Assembly: GCA_965601925.1 (NCBI GenBank)
Contig: OZ271854.1
Coordinates: forward strand, 3,264,001 to 3,328,000
From: Alkalispirochaeta sp.
GTDB lineage: Bacteria; Spirochaetota; Spirochaetia; DSM-27196; Alkalispirochaetaceae
Length of the DNA: 64,000 nt
Direction of reading: 5' to 3'
In this document: positions 45,310 to 55,759 of the stretch, in pieces
Layout of the letters: every line of letters begins with the position of its first letter
Position numbering within the stretch: position 1 is the first letter of the stretch
The notes under the pieces: model-generated
The model's database searches: none
What the model was told of the DNA's origin: nothing
What the model saw: the letters and a program-made list of their open reading frames with translations, nothing else
Translations under genes and position numbers: made by a program

Positions 45310-46851
45310 ATGAGGAATGCATCTCAAAAGATGTTGCTCGTCGGCTTGGTGATTATCTCTTTGATAATCTTTGTATCAGCCGGCGCTCAAGAAGAGCAGG
45401 CGGGCAAAGGACAGGATGTCGAGACCTTGGTGGTCGGTATGCCGGGTGATCCCCGTGCTCTCGATCCACATAGAACCAACGACCAGCCTTCCGCCCGTGT
45501 CATGAAGCAAATTTACGACACGCTTTTCTATCAGACGCCGGACTTGGAGATTACGACAAACGGCTTGGTAGACAGCTACGAGGTTATCAGCGATACCGAG
45601 TATCGTTTCACGCTTCGCCAAGGTGTACAGTTTCATAACGGCGATGAGCTAACCGCCAGTGATGTTCAGTTCACCTTCGAACGAATGCGCGAGGTCAATT
45701 CACCCGGCGCGTTCCTCGTCGGGGCGTTGGATCGTGTCGAGGTCATCGACGACTATACCTTCACGATGTTCCTGCAGTTCCCCTTCGGACCCTTCATTAC
45801 GCATCTCGCCCATCCGGCGACTGCGATTCTCAATCAGCGCGCCGTGGAGGAGGGTGGCGAAGAGTATACCCGCAACCCCGTCGGTACCGGCCCCTTCAGC
45901 TTCGTCGAGTGGCGCTCCGGTGACTCCGTCACGCTCGAGCGGTTTGACGACCATTTCCGCGGTCCCGCCGAAAGCGAGCGCGTGGTATTTCGCATCATCA
46001 CCGAGGACACTCAGCGCACGATCGCGTTGGAAACCGGCGAAGTCGACCTTATCTACGACGTCGGACCCAACGATTTTGATGCAGTGCGGGATCTCCCCGG
46101 CGTGATAAGTTTCCAAACCCAAGGACTCACGACGTTCTACATGGGTTTCAACGCTCAGACCGAGCCCTTCGATGATGTTCGGGTTCGTCGTGCGATTAAC
46201 CTCGCTCTCGACGTAGAGGCGGCCACCGACGTAGCGTTCCGCGGCTTTGCTACCGTTGCTAGCGGTCCGTTGCCCTCCACCGTGCAGTTTGCCAACTCCG
46301 AGCTTCCCGGGTACGGATACGATCCCGAAGAGGCCCAGCGACTCCTCGCCGAGGCGGGGTACGCCAACGGGTTCTCGACGTCGATCTGGACCAACGATAA
46401 TCCCGTGCGCATCATGTACGCGGAGATCTTCCAGGAGCAGCTACGCGCCGTCGGTATCGATGCCAGCATCGAGATCGTCGAGTGGGCGCCGTACCTCGAT
46501 CGTACCGCTCAGGGTGAGCACGACATGTTCATGCTCGGTTGGGTCGCCGTGACCGGTGACGCCGACTACGGTCTCTACTCGCTGTTCCATTCCGACGAAT
46601 GGGGCGACGCCGGTAACAGGACCTTCTGGGGCAGCGACGAGGTCGATAGTCTGCTCGTAGAGGGCAGAACGAGCCCCGACCCCGCGGCCCGCGAGGCGGC
46701 GTACATGCGCGCTCAGGAGATTATCTTTGAGGAAGCGCCGTGGACCTTCCTGGCATTCCGGGACGATTTGGCCGCCACACGCGACTACGTCGAAGGATTC
46801 CAGCCCCACGCGGCGGGCCACCACATCCTTTACGGCGTACGAAACCGCTGA
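45310..46851 (+). CDS. Peptide/glutathione ABC transporter substrate-binding protein (family 5)
   Basis: LDP, IYDTL, FTLRQGVQFHNG, PVGTGPF and VRRAI. Confidence 0.92.
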   Translation: MRNASQKMLLVGLVIISLIIFVSAGAQEEQAGKGQDVETLVVGMPGDPRALDPHRTNDQPSARVMKQIYDTLFYQTPDLEITTNGLVDSYEVISDTEYRFTLRQGVQFHNGDELTASDVQFTFERMREVNSPGAFLVGALDRVEVIDDYTFTMFLQFPFGPFITHLAHPATAILNQRAVEEGGEEYTRNPVGTGPFSFVEWRSGDSVTLERFDDHFRGPAESERVVFRIITEDTQRTIALETGEVDLIYDVGPNDFDAVRDLPGVISFQTQGLTTFYMGFNAQTEPFDDVRVRRAINLALDVEAATDVAFRGFATVASGPLPSTVQFANSELPGYGYDPEEAQRLLAEAGYANGFSTSIWTNDNPVRIMYAEIFQEQLRAVGIDASIEIVEWAPYLDRTAQGEHDMFMLGWVAVTGDADYGLYSLFHSDEWGDAGNRTFWGSDEVDSLLVEGRTSPDPAAREAAYMRAQEIIFEEAPWTFLAFRDDLAATRDYVEGFQPHAAGHHILYGVRNR

Positions 46852-46874
46852 TTCATATCGTTACAGTTTCAAGC

Positions 46875-46903
46875 GACCGTCGGGCTTCAATGGCCCGGCG
46901 GTC
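46875..46903 (+). other. Intercistronic hairpin after the SBP gene
   Basis: GACCGTCGGGC/GCCCGGCGGTC stem; typical mRNA stabiliser or attenuator position. Confidence 0.5.
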
Positions 46904-46973
46904 CTTCGGGAGTGAGCTCGTTCCGCGTCCATGGCGACGGTCGAGGCACTCTCAAGTCGAAGGTACAGTTTAG

Positions 46974-47900
46974 ATGCATAGATATATCTTTCGCCGCGTC
47001 GTCCTGTTGATTCCCGTTATGTTGGGAGTCTCGTTCGTCGTATTTACGATCATGTTTTTCACACCGGGCGACCCGGCAAGTATTCTCTTGGGCGAGCGAG
47101 CACCCCAGGAGGAAGTTCAGGCGTTGCGCGAACAGATGGGGTTGGACGATCCCTTTTTCGTTCAGTACGGACGGTTCATATTTAATGCCTTGCAGGGCGA
47201 CTTAGGGCGATCTCTTACTACGAGACGGCCCGCATCCGTGGAGTTGTTCGCTCGTTTTCCCGCGACGTTACAGTTGGCGGCGGCGGGTGTCTTTATCGCG
47301 GTCTTAATCGGAATTCCGATCGGCATCGTATCCGCGACGCGTCAGTACTCTCTCTTTGACGGCGCGTCGATGGTCGTGGCGCTGATCGGTGTGTCGATGC
47401 CCAATTTCTGGCAGGGCATTATGATGGTGCTACTCTTCTCGATTTACCTTCGCTGGTTTCCCTCCAGCGGATACGGGACGTTTGCCCACTTGATCATGCC
47501 GTCCCTCACGATCGGCACCAGCTCAGCGGCCACAATCACTCGCATGACCCGTTCCAGCATGCTCGAAGTCATCCGCCAGGATTACATTCGCACGGCTCGC
47601 GCGAAAGGGTTGAGTGAGCGAGTGGTGATTTCGCGCCACGCCCTCAAAAACGCTTTGATCCCGATCGTTACCGTAGTCGGCCTCCAATTCGGGTTTCTCC
47701 TTGGAGGAGCGGTGCTTACGGAGACGATTTTCTCATGGCCCGGCGTCGGGCGGCTCATGGTGGACGCGATCCGACAGCGCGATTATCCGGTAGTGCAGGG
47801 AGGTGTGTTGCTTCTTGCCCTTACGTTCAGCATCGTCAATCTCCTGGTAGACGTGCTCTACGCGTATATCGATCCGCGCATTAAAGCACAGTACAAATGA
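46974..47900 (+). CDS. Peptide ABC transporter permease (DppB/OppB-like)
   Basis: PGDPA, GDLGRS, SMPNFW, DYIRTARAKGL and ETIFSWPG. Confidence 0.93.
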   Translation: MHRYIFRRVVLLIPVMLGVSFVVFTIMFFTPGDPASILLGERAPQEEVQALREQMGLDDPFFVQYGRFIFNALQGDLGRSLTTRRPASVELFARFPATLQLAAAGVFIAVLIGIPIGIVSATRQYSLFDGASMVVALIGVSMPNFWQGIMMVLLFSIYLRWFPSSGYGTFAHLIMPSLTIGTSSAATITRMTRSSMLEVIRQDYIRTARAKGLSERVVISRHALKNALIPIVTVVGLQFGFLLGGAVLTETIFSWPGVGRLMVDAIRQRDYPVVQGGVLLLALTFSIVNLLVDVLYAYIDPRIKAQYK

Positions 47901-47913
47901 ACGGAGAGACGAT

Positions 47914-48873
47914 ATGAACAGTAGATCCGATGGTAGTCTACCGGTGGAGGTGGACGAACGTCACGAGGCGACTCCCGATATCGAGCCTACCGAGGGTAAT
48001 CGCGCGACGGAGAGTCTTGAAGGGCGGCGTAGTCGAACGCAGTGGGCCGAGGTCTGGCGACGGCTCCGACGCAACTGGATGGCGATGTTCGGGCTCGCCA
48101 TTATCATTCTAATCGCTTTGACGGCGATCTTTGCCGATGTTATTGCGCCCTACGATTATCGAGAGCAGAATCTTCGGCTCGTCGCGGATCCGCCGAGTCG
48201 CCAACATATTCTCGGCACCGACGATTTGGGACGCGATATTCTCTCCCGTATCATTCACGGTGCGCGCGTATCGTTGCAGGTGGGCTTTGTCGCGGTGAGT
48301 ATTTCTCTTATCGTCGGCGGGACGCTCGGAGCCTTAGCGGGCTATTACGGCGGCAATCTCGATAACGTAGTCATGCGATTTATGGATGTGCTCCTCGCAA
48401 TTCCTTCGATCCTTCTCGCCATAGCGATCGTCTCCGCCTTCGGCGGCGGGCTCTTGAATGTCATGATCGCCGTCGGAATCGCGACGATTCCCGTGTACGC
48501 GAGAATCGTGAAGGCGTCGGTCATGTCGATCAAGGAGCAGGAGTTTATCGAGGCGGCCCGTGCGATCGGTGCGACCGATTTGAGGATCATCCTGAAGCAT
48601 ATCATTCCCAACTCGATGGCACCGATCATCGTACAGGGAACGCTCGGCGTCGCGATTGCAATTCTCTCCGCGGCGGGACTGAGCTTCATCGGGCTCGGTA
48701 TCGAACCTCCCACCCCCGAGTGGGGTGCGATGCTTTCCGCGGGACGTCACCTCATTCGGCGCGCGCCGCACGTAGCCACCTTTCCCGGACTTGCGATTGT
48801 GATCACGATTTTCGCACTGAACCTTCTGGGCGACGGGCTGCGCGATGCACTCGACCCGCGGCTCAAACGATAG
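47914..48873 (+). CDS. Peptide ABC transporter permease (DppC/OppC-like)
   Basis: LGTDDLGRD, EFIEAARAIG, PEWG and GDGLRDALDP. Confidence 0.93.
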   Translation: MNSRSDGSLPVEVDERHEATPDIEPTEGNRATESLEGRRSRTQWAEVWRRLRRNWMAMFGLAIIILIALTAIFADVIAPYDYREQNLRLVADPPSRQHILGTDDLGRDILSRIIHGARVSLQVGFVAVSISLIVGGTLGALAGYYGGNLDNVVMRFMDVLLAIPSILLAIAIVSAFGGGLLNVMIAVGIATIPVYARIVKASVMSIKEQEFIEAARAIGATDLRIILKHIIPNSMAPIIVQGTLGVAIAILSAAGLSFIGLGIEPPTPEWGAMLSAGRHLIRRAPHVATFPGLAIVITIFALNLLGDGLRDALDPRLKR

Positions 48874-48891
48874 TGCGTTGAGGAAGGCAGC

Positions 48892-49878
48892 ATGAGCGAA
48901 GTACTACTTGATATTCAGGATCTCCGGGTAACGTACAAGACCGAAGAGGGAATCGTCGTCGCGGTAGACGATCTCAATCTTCAGCTCAAGCGTGGCGAGA
49001 CGCTTGGGCTCGTCGGCGAGACGGGAGCCGGAAAGACGACGACCGCGCTTTCGGTGATGCAGTTGGTGCCCGATCCTCCGGGTACCATCGAAAAAGGTCG
49101 TATCATATTCGACGGCGAAGATCTTCGGGAGAAGAAAATCGAAGAGATTAGGCGGATCAGGGGAAATAGGATTTCCATGATCTTCCAGGATCCCATGACC
49201 TCTCTTAACCCGGTTCTTACCGTGGGATTCCAGATCGAGGAAGCGATTGCGCTCCACCAGCAACGGACGCAAAAACAGGCGGCTCGACAGGCCCGCGACA
49301 TGCTCAAAATGGTAGGCATTCCCGAGGAACGCGCTGGAGATTATCCCCACGAGTTCTCCGGCGGGATGCGTCAACGTGTGGGAATAGCCGTTGCGCTCTC
49401 CTGCAATCCAAAGCTGTTGATCGCCGACGAGCCGACCACCGCATTGGACGTCACGATTCAGGCACAGGTCCTGGATTTGATGCGTCGACTACGCGACGAG
49501 CTGGGGACATCCATGATCTTGATCACCCACGATCTGGGTGTCGTCGCCGAGGTGTGCGACTCCGTTGCGATCATGTACGCCGGAACGGTGGTAGAGACGG
49601 CCGATACAGAGCGCCTGTTCAATAACCCCAGACATCCCTACACGAGAGGACTCTTCGGATCGATACCCAGCCTCGACGAGGAGGTGGCGCGCTTGGAGCC
49701 GATCAAGGGTATCATGCCCGATCCGACGGAGTTACCGTCGGGATGCCGCTTTCATCCCCGCTGTCCGAAGGCCGAAGCGATATGTGCCCAACGAACTCCG
49801 GTGATGGTGGAAGTAGAATCCGAGCACCACGTGGACTGTATGATCTACGAGGGGCTGGTAAGCGATAAAGAGGATTGA
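48892..49878 (+). CDS. Peptide ABC transporter ATPase (DppD/OppD-like)
   Basis: GETGAGKT, FSGGMRQR, DEPTTALD and GCRFHPRC. Confidence 0.93.
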   Translation: MSEVLLDIQDLRVTYKTEEGIVVAVDDLNLQLKRGETLGLVGETGAGKTTTALSVMQLVPDPPGTIEKGRIIFDGEDLREKKIEEIRRIRGNRISMIFQDPMTSLNPVLTVGFQIEEAIALHQQRTQKQAARQARDMLKMVGIPEERAGDYPHEFSGGMRQRVGIAVALSCNPKLLIADEPTTALDVTIQAQVLDLMRRLRDELGTSMILITHDLGVVAEVCDSVAIMYAGTVVETADTERLFNNPRHPYTRGLFGSIPSLDEEVARLEPIKGIMPDPTELPSGCRFHPRCPKAEAICAQRTPVMVEVESEHHVDCMIYEGLVSDKED

Positions 49879-50892
49879 ATGTCGATAGAGAATAACAACG
49901 GCGAACGCCCTCTGTTGGAGGTACGAAATCTCAAGAAGTTCTTCCAAACGAAGCAGGGGACTCTGAAGGCGGTCAACGATATCTCCTTTGAAGTGAAGCG
50001 CGGAGAGACGCTCGGAATCGTCGGCGAGAGCGGATGCGGAAAGTCGACGACCGGAAGGGCTGTACTGCGTCTCGTGGAGCCGACCGCCGGCGAGGTCCTT
50101 TTCGAGGGCGAGGAAACAACGGCATTCAAAAAGGACCGCGTCCGCGCATTTCGACGGGACGCGCAGATTATCTTTCAAGATCCGTTTGCATCGCTCGATC
50201 CGCGTCTCAGTATCTCCGAGATCATCGGCGAACCGTTTGAGATCTTTCGGCTCTACAACAAGCGTGAGCGATATGAGCGCGTACAGGAACTCATGGCCCT
50301 CGTCGGGCTCAGTACGAAGCTGACCAACAGTTTCCCCCACGAACTGGACGGCGGACGTCGACAGCGCGTCGGCGTGGCCCGCGCGTTGGCGCTGGAGCCC
50401 AAGTTCATCGTGTGCGACGAACCGGTTTCGGCTCTTGACGTATCGATTCAGGCGCAGATACTCAACCTTATTCAAGATCTTCAGGATCGGTTGAGCCTGA
50501 CGTATATGTTCATATCTCACGATCTGAGCGTCGTGCGTCACATCAGCGATCGCGTTGCGGTCATGTATTTGGGAAAAATCGTCGAGATCACCACGTATCA
50601 CAACATCTTTACCCGCCCGCGTCATCCGTATACGCAGGCGCTCCTCTCGGCGATACCGATCCCGAAGTACAATGCCAAGCGCGAGCGCATCATTCTCGAA
50701 GGCGATGTGCCGAGTCCGGTCGACCCACCCAAAGGGTGCATCTTTGCCGGCCGCTGTCCCTTCGTCATGGACAAGTGCCGCGAAGCCGCTCCCGCGCTGG
50801 TCGCCACCGAGGAGGGGCACTATACCGCTTGTTATCTGGTGCACCACCAGGCCGAGCCGACCGAATCGGCCTCAGACGACGCCGAACGCTAA
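49879..50892 (+). CDS. Peptide ABC transporter ATPase (DppF/OppF-like)
   Basis: GESGCGKS, LDGGRRQR, DEPVSALD and HPYT. Confidence 0.93.
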   Translation: MSIENNNGERPLLEVRNLKKFFQTKQGTLKAVNDISFEVKRGETLGIVGESGCGKSTTGRAVLRLVEPTAGEVLFEGEETTAFKKDRVRAFRRDAQIIFQDPFASLDPRLSISEIIGEPFEIFRLYNKRERYERVQELMALVGLSTKLTNSFPHELDGGRRQRVGVARALALEPKFIVCDEPVSALDVSIQAQILNLIQDLQDRLSLTYMFISHDLSVVRHISDRVAVMYLGKIVEITTYHNIFTRPRHPYTQALLSAIPIPKYNAKRERIILEGDVPSPVDPPKGCIFAGRCPFVMDKCREAAPALVATEEGHYTACYLVHHQAEPTESASDDAER

Positions 50893-50908
50893 TGTTCAAT
50901 GGGACCGG

Positions 50909-51442
50909 TTACCCTGGAGACTCCTCCAGGGTAACCTGAAGGGCATCGGAGAGCTCCTTCGCGAGCGCTCGCAGGTGCTTGTGTCCGCGCAATGATTCGG
51001 TTCGCACGACAGGTCGTGCTACGTCGGCCGGCTCATCGTCGTCGCGTTCCTCGACAAATTCCAGTATCAGCTGAACATAGCCGCGCTGGAGACGCGCGAG
51101 CGGTATCGAGGCGGTCTGCGGCCTGGTGTACGGCGCTCTCGAGCGGATCAATATCCTCTTCAGCGTCGATAATCGATAGCGACGCGCGCGTGTAAACAAG
51201 AAGATGCCGGTCCGAGAACGAACCTCGTCGGCGGCGGTATCGAAACGCCAGCGCTCGTCGTAGAGGGTTGCGGCGAGTGACAACAGGCCGATGAACGGCA
51301 GGAGACCCCGCGCGTCCCGTAAACGCACCACGACAAAGAGGATTCCAAGGGTCACGACGCCGAAGAAGATACGCCACCCGTGGGTCGGGTTGAGCGTTAT
51401 GACGCCTTTGGAATCGATCTTGCATTTCAGACGATATATCAT
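50909..51442 (-). CDS. Hypothetical membrane protein (2 TM plus soluble beta-rich domain)
   Basis: Fills the gap between oppF and cheW; two hydrophobic segments. Start uncertain (ATG 51442 chosen). Confidence 0.6.
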   Translation of the reverse strand: MIYRLKCKIDSKGVITLNPTHGWRIFFGVVTLGILFVVVRLRDARGLLPFIGLLSLAATLYDERWRFDTAADEVRSRTGIFLFTRARRYRLSTLKRILIRSRAPYTRPQTASIPLARLQRGYVQLILEFVEERDDDEPADVARPVVRTESLRGHKHLRALAKELSDALQVTLEESPG

Positions 51443-51573
51443 CGCTCTCAGAAGATAGCCGGAGTCACCGAGGAGCCACAAGCGGCAGACGGCGCGCGTC
51501 GCGGTCCCGTCAACCAATGGAAACCGCTTGCCAACGCAGTCCGTGCCGACTATGCTAATTGAGGAAGGTATTC

Positions 51574-52053
51574 ATGGCGAATCAGAATGATGCTCTGCAA
51601 TTGGTAACGTTTCAGCTCGGTGCGGAACTGTATGGTGTGGATATCATGCAGGTGAAGAGTATCGAGGAAACAAAAGATGTGCGACCGATTCCCAATTCAC
51701 CCAACTATGTAGAAGGAATATTCAATCTACGCGGTGAGATAATTCCGGTTATCAACCTCCATCGGCGGTTTCATCTCAAGCGGGCCGCGTTGAATGAGGA
51801 AGACGAACTTCTGCGCGGTTTTTTGATCATTCGCCTCAACGGTATGCACATTGCGATCATCATCGACAAAGTTTCGCGCGTCCTGACCGTATCGCACGAC
51901 GATATTCAGCCGCCTCCACAGATGTTATCGGGAATCGGCGCGGAGTACATCGAGGGAGTTGTTCACCGCGAAGAGGGGTATTTGATCATCTTGGATATCG
52001 ACCGGTTGTTCAACATGCGCGAGCTCGCGGCTCTGGAAAGTATTGCGCACTAA
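51574..52053 (+). CDS. cheW: Chemotaxis coupling protein
   Basis: QLVTFQLG, YGVDIMQV, GIFNLRGEIIPVI and IIDKV; TTGCCA-N17-TATGCT promoter at 51528-51556. Confidence 0.93.
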   Translation: MANQNDALQLVTFQLGAELYGVDIMQVKSIEETKDVRPIPNSPNYVEGIFNLRGEIIPVINLHRRFHLKRAALNEEDELLRGFLIIRLNGMHIAIIIDKVSRVLTVSHDDIQPPPQMLSGIGAEYIEGVVHREEGYLIILDIDRLFNMRELAALESIAH

Positions 52054-52071
52054 GGATATACATTTACTTTC

Positions 52072-53151
52072 ATGATACCTATCTATCGACCTACCATCCG
52101 GCGGGCCGACATGGACGCGGTGCTAACGCGCCTGGTAAACGACGCGATCGGCGTCGGAACCGTATCGCGTGAATTTTCTCTTGCCGTAGCCAAGTATCTG
52201 GGCCGGCGCACCGGTATCTCCATGAGGACCTATCGCGCCGCGTTGTCCGCCTGTCTCCACTCCTTAGGACTGGCCCCCGGGGCGCGCATCGCCCTGTCGG
52301 CCTTGGCTCGCGGTGCGGTCTGGCGCACCATCGAGGATTGCGGTTACACACCGGTCGCCGTCGACACGCAAAAACAGATTCCCGTATTACCCAGTCCGTT
52401 GGACTTCGACTACCAGGCGCTCGAGGTATCGGCATTGTTCGCCGACACGCGCCTGGGATACATCAGCGATCTGGACCACCTTAAGGAGCTACGTCTCCCC
52501 ATCATCGAGGACGTATCCGAAGGCCTCGGCGGTAACACGGGTACCGCGATGGCCGGTGAAGTCGGTGAAATGACCCTCATCGGGTTGGAGCCGGACCATA
52601 TCATCACCGCGGGCGGCGGCACTGCCGTGGTAACCAACAGCACCAAGCGGCTTTCACGACTCTCCTCTTGGGCCGACCACGGCCGCGGCGAGTCACCGCT
52701 GCCCGATATGAATGCAGCTTTGGGCCTGACGCAACTGAAGCAGATCGAGAAATTCGTGGAACGTCGTCGCGAGCTCACCGCGCGGTTTCTCCGTACCGTG
52801 CAACGAGGGCGGCACAGTGTGCCTCTCCAAGACGGCGAGGTCGAAAACGTCTTTCCCGCGCTTCCGGTGCGGTTGGAGTCCTCTCCGCGAGAGGTCGAAC
52901 AGTACGCCCGTGAACACGGCGTATCGGCCGATCGCGCATTTCACGACACCGTGTTGACGCTCATCTCCGCGAGCGATACGTCGGAAGCGGACGAGGCGCG
53001 CGACGAGTCACCGTCGATGGAGGAAGACGCAGGGCGGTCTTTTCCAAACGCGGTCGCACTGGCGAGTCGCATGGTCGTGTTTCCACTCTTTCCGACCCTC
53101 AGTAAGGGAGAGCAAGACAAGATTGAGCGCGTTTTGGCTACCATGCCGTGA
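52072..53151 (+). CDS. DegT-family aminotransferase-like protein lacking the PLP lysine
   Basis: IPIYRPTI, IIED, IITAGGG, DMNAALGLTQL and FPLFP match the fold; the SF-x3-K motif reads GLEPDH. Confidence 0.78.
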   Translation: MIPIYRPTIRRADMDAVLTRLVNDAIGVGTVSREFSLAVAKYLGRRTGISMRTYRAALSACLHSLGLAPGARIALSALARGAVWRTIEDCGYTPVAVDTQKQIPVLPSPLDFDYQALEVSALFADTRLGYISDLDHLKELRLPIIEDVSEGLGGNTGTAMAGEVGEMTLIGLEPDHIITAGGGTAVVTNSTKRLSRLSSWADHGRGESPLPDMNAALGLTQLKQIEKFVERRRELTARFLRTVQRGRHSVPLQDGEVENVFPALPVRLESSPREVEQYAREHGVSADRAFHDTVLTLISASDTSEADEARDESPSMEEDAGRSFPNAVALASRMVVFPLFPTLSKGEQDKIERVLATMP

Positions 53152-53205
53152 GTTCCAAGAGCTTTACGGCTCTCGTAACGGTAGGTATAGTGTAGGCAGA
53201 TACGC

Positions 53206-54063
53206 ATGACACACACGATTCGCGCCGTCCTGATCGTTGCAAACACCGGCAAACCCGACGCTCGTCGCATGGCCCGAGATATCGCTTCGTACTGCGAGTC
53301 GCGGGGAATAGCCGTGACGCTCTTTTTGTACGACGGGACGGCGGAAAGTATTCCTGTGAACTCTCACTACGATCTCGCGATCACCCTCGGTGGCGACGGC
53401 ACGGTACTGTTCGCCAGTAGAGTGTTAGCGGGGCACGATATCCCTATTCTCCCGGTCAACCTCGGCGACTTCGGCTTCATCAGTGAGATCGGTCACGACG
53501 AATGGGAGGAGGCCTTTTGCGCCTTCACGGCCGGCGAAATCCAGGCGGGGAGTCGACTGGTGATAGAGGTCTGCGTACGCCGCGACGGCCACGACCACTG
53601 TCGTTTCCGCGGGCTCAACGACGCGGTCGTGACCTCCGAAGGGATCTCGCGCATGGTTCGCCTGACCGTACACATCGGCTCTCAATACCTCGGCGCGTAC
53701 CGATCGGACGGCATTATGGTTGCGACGCCGACCGGATCGACCGCGTACTGCGCCGCGGCGGGCGGCCCGATCCTCCATCCCGAGATGGAGGCGATGATTC
53801 TCAACCCGATATGCCCCTTTACCCTCTCCCATCGTCCCCTCGTTCTCCCTTTGAACGAGCACATACTGATATCGGTCGATTCCACTCAGCGCACCAGCGT
53901 CGCTCTGACGGTAGACGGGCAGAGCCTTACACCTCTGGAGCCGGGAGATGAGGTAGTCGTAAAGGCGAGTGAGAAACGAGCCCATATCATTCGCTCTAAT
54001 CGGCGCACCTTCTACGAGGTGTTACGAAGCAAACTGAACTGGTCCGGGGGGCCTAATGATTGA
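53206..54063 (+). CDS. nadK: NAD kinase
   Basis: LGGDGT, LND, DG..ATPTGSTAY, AGGPI and VDGQ. Confidence 0.95.
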   Translation: MTHTIRAVLIVANTGKPDARRMARDIASYCESRGIAVTLFLYDGTAESIPVNSHYDLAITLGGDGTVLFASRVLAGHDIPILPVNLGDFGFISEIGHDEWEEAFCAFTAGEIQAGSRLVIEVCVRRDGHDHCRFRGLNDAVVTSEGISRMVRLTVHIGSQYLGAYRSDGIMVATPTGSTAYCAAAGGPILHPEMEAMILNPICPFTLSHRPLVLPLNEHILISVDSTQRTSVALTVDGQSLTPLEPGDEVVVKASEKRAHIIRSNRRTFYEVLRSKLNWSGGPND

Positions 54064-55759
54064 GCGGCTTACGGTCCGCAACTTCATTTTGGTCGAGAAC
54101 CTGGAGATTGAGTTCGGCGAGCGATTCAATGCGCTGACCGGCGAAACCGGCGCGGGAAAAAGCATCTTGGTCGGAGCGCTCTCGGTTCTGTTCGGGGCCA
54201 AGGGCGGCGTCGATCTGGTTCGGGGAGGCGCCGAGGAGGCGTATGTGGCCGGCGAGTTTCGCGTCGCCGGCCATACCGCGTGTCTTGCGTGGCTCGATGA
54301 GCGGCACATCGAGCCCGACGACGGAGTCATACTCGTGAGACGGACGATCCGTGCTACCGGACGCGGCACCATCTACATGCAGTCGACGCCCGTAACTCGC
54401 GCGGATCTGGAGCAGTTTTCGAGCTTTCTCCTCGATTTGCATAGCCAGCACGAACATCAGTCGTTGTTCGTAGAGACCAACCATCGTCGCATCTTGGATC
54501 GTTATGCCGGTATCGAGAGCGACGTCTCTGAGTTTTCCGCACTGTTCGGTCGGTTCTCCGAGATGCAACGTCGTCTTGCGGAACTCGATCAGCGCGAGAG
54601 CGATCGTGTCCGGGAGATCGAGATGGTGCGGTTCGCATTAGCGGAGATCGAGGATGTTGCGCCGCAGCCGGGCGAGTTGGAGTCGCTCGAGGCCGAGCGG
54701 CACCGCATGAATGAGTTCGAACGGTTGGCGGAATCGCTCGAGGCGACGATACAACTGCTCGACGGCACCGAGTACGCAGCGTTACCCGTTCTCAAACGCA
54801 TCCGACATGAAATCGGAGTCGTCGCACGGATCGACGGCGAGTTGGACGGCGAGGCGAAGCGTCTGGAAAACACCTACTTCGAAGTAGAGGATATTGCTCA
54901 GACGCTCTCGAGTTATCGTGATAGATTGAACTACGATCCGGCTCGGCTCGACGAGATCGAGGAGCGTCTGGCGTCGTTGCGTAAACTGTTTCGTAAGTAC
55001 GGCGATACGATTCAGGCCGTCGACGCATACCGTGAGTCGTCGCAACGGTCGCTGGAGGAGTTGGAAGGCGCCGAGGAGTCGCGAGAAGCTCTGCGGGCGG
55101 AACGGGTTGCGGCGGAGCAGGAGATCGCGCGTCGAGCCCGTGATATTCACGCCCGGCGCGATGAGGCGGCAGAAAAGCTCCAACGCGAGATCTCCGACGT
55201 CCTGGCGGGCCTCGCGATGGGGCAAGCGAGTTTCGTTGTGGATATCGAGACTCACGTGAACGATGCGGGACGTCTGGTATGCGGCCCGGAGGGCGCCGAC
55301 AAAGTGCGCTTTCTCATTGCCGCAAACCCCGGGGAGGAGCCGCGACCGCTCTCCCGGATCGCTTCCGGGGGCGAGATATCGCGGGTCATGCTCGCGATCA
55401 AGACCATCGTCGCCGCGGTAGACGAGGTGCGGAGTCTGGTGTTCGACGAAATCGACACGGGAATCGGAGGAAAAGTCGCCTTGGCAATCGCATCGCACCT
55501 TCACGACCTGTCGCGACACGGCCAGATCATCTGCATCACTCATCTTGCGACGATTGCGGTTCGTGCCGATAATCATATCGTCGTAGAAAAAGTTGCGGAT
55601 GACACGCGAACGCGCATCGGTGTCCGCGAGTTGACCGGAGAGGATCGTGTTCGTGAAATATCACGAATGCTCGCGGGAGACGTAGAAGAGAGCCACAGCG
55701 TCGGGCACGCCCGAGCTTTGCTCGAGCGTTATCATGGGAGAGCTCATGGCCAAGATTAG
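54056..55759 (+). CDS. recN: DNA repair protein RecN
   Basis: TGETGAGKS, ASGGEISR, FDEIDTG and ITHL. Confidence 0.96.
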   Translation: MIERLTVRNFILVENLEIEFGERFNALTGETGAGKSILVGALSVLFGAKGGVDLVRGGAEEAYVAGEFRVAGHTACLAWLDERHIEPDDGVILVRRTIRATGRGTIYMQSTPVTRADLEQFSSFLLDLHSQHEHQSLFVETNHRRILDRYAGIESDVSEFSALFGRFSEMQRRLAELDQRESDRVREIEMVRFALAEIEDVAPQPGELESLEAERHRMNEFERLAESLEATIQLLDGTEYAALPVLKRIRHEIGVVARIDGELDGEAKRLENTYFEVEDIAQTLSSYRDRLNYDPARLDEIEERLASLRKLFRKYGDTIQAVDAYRESSQRSLEELEGAEESREALRAERVAAEQEIARRARDIHARRDEAAEKLQREISDVLAGLAMGQASFVVDIETHVNDAGRLVCGPEGADKVRFLIAANPGEEPRPLSRIASGGEISRVMLAIKTIVAAVDEVRSLVFDEIDTGIGGKVALAIASHLHDLSRHGQIICITHLATIAVRADNHIVVEKVADDTRTRIGVRELTGEDRVREISRMLAGDVEESHSVGHARALLERYHGRAHGQD

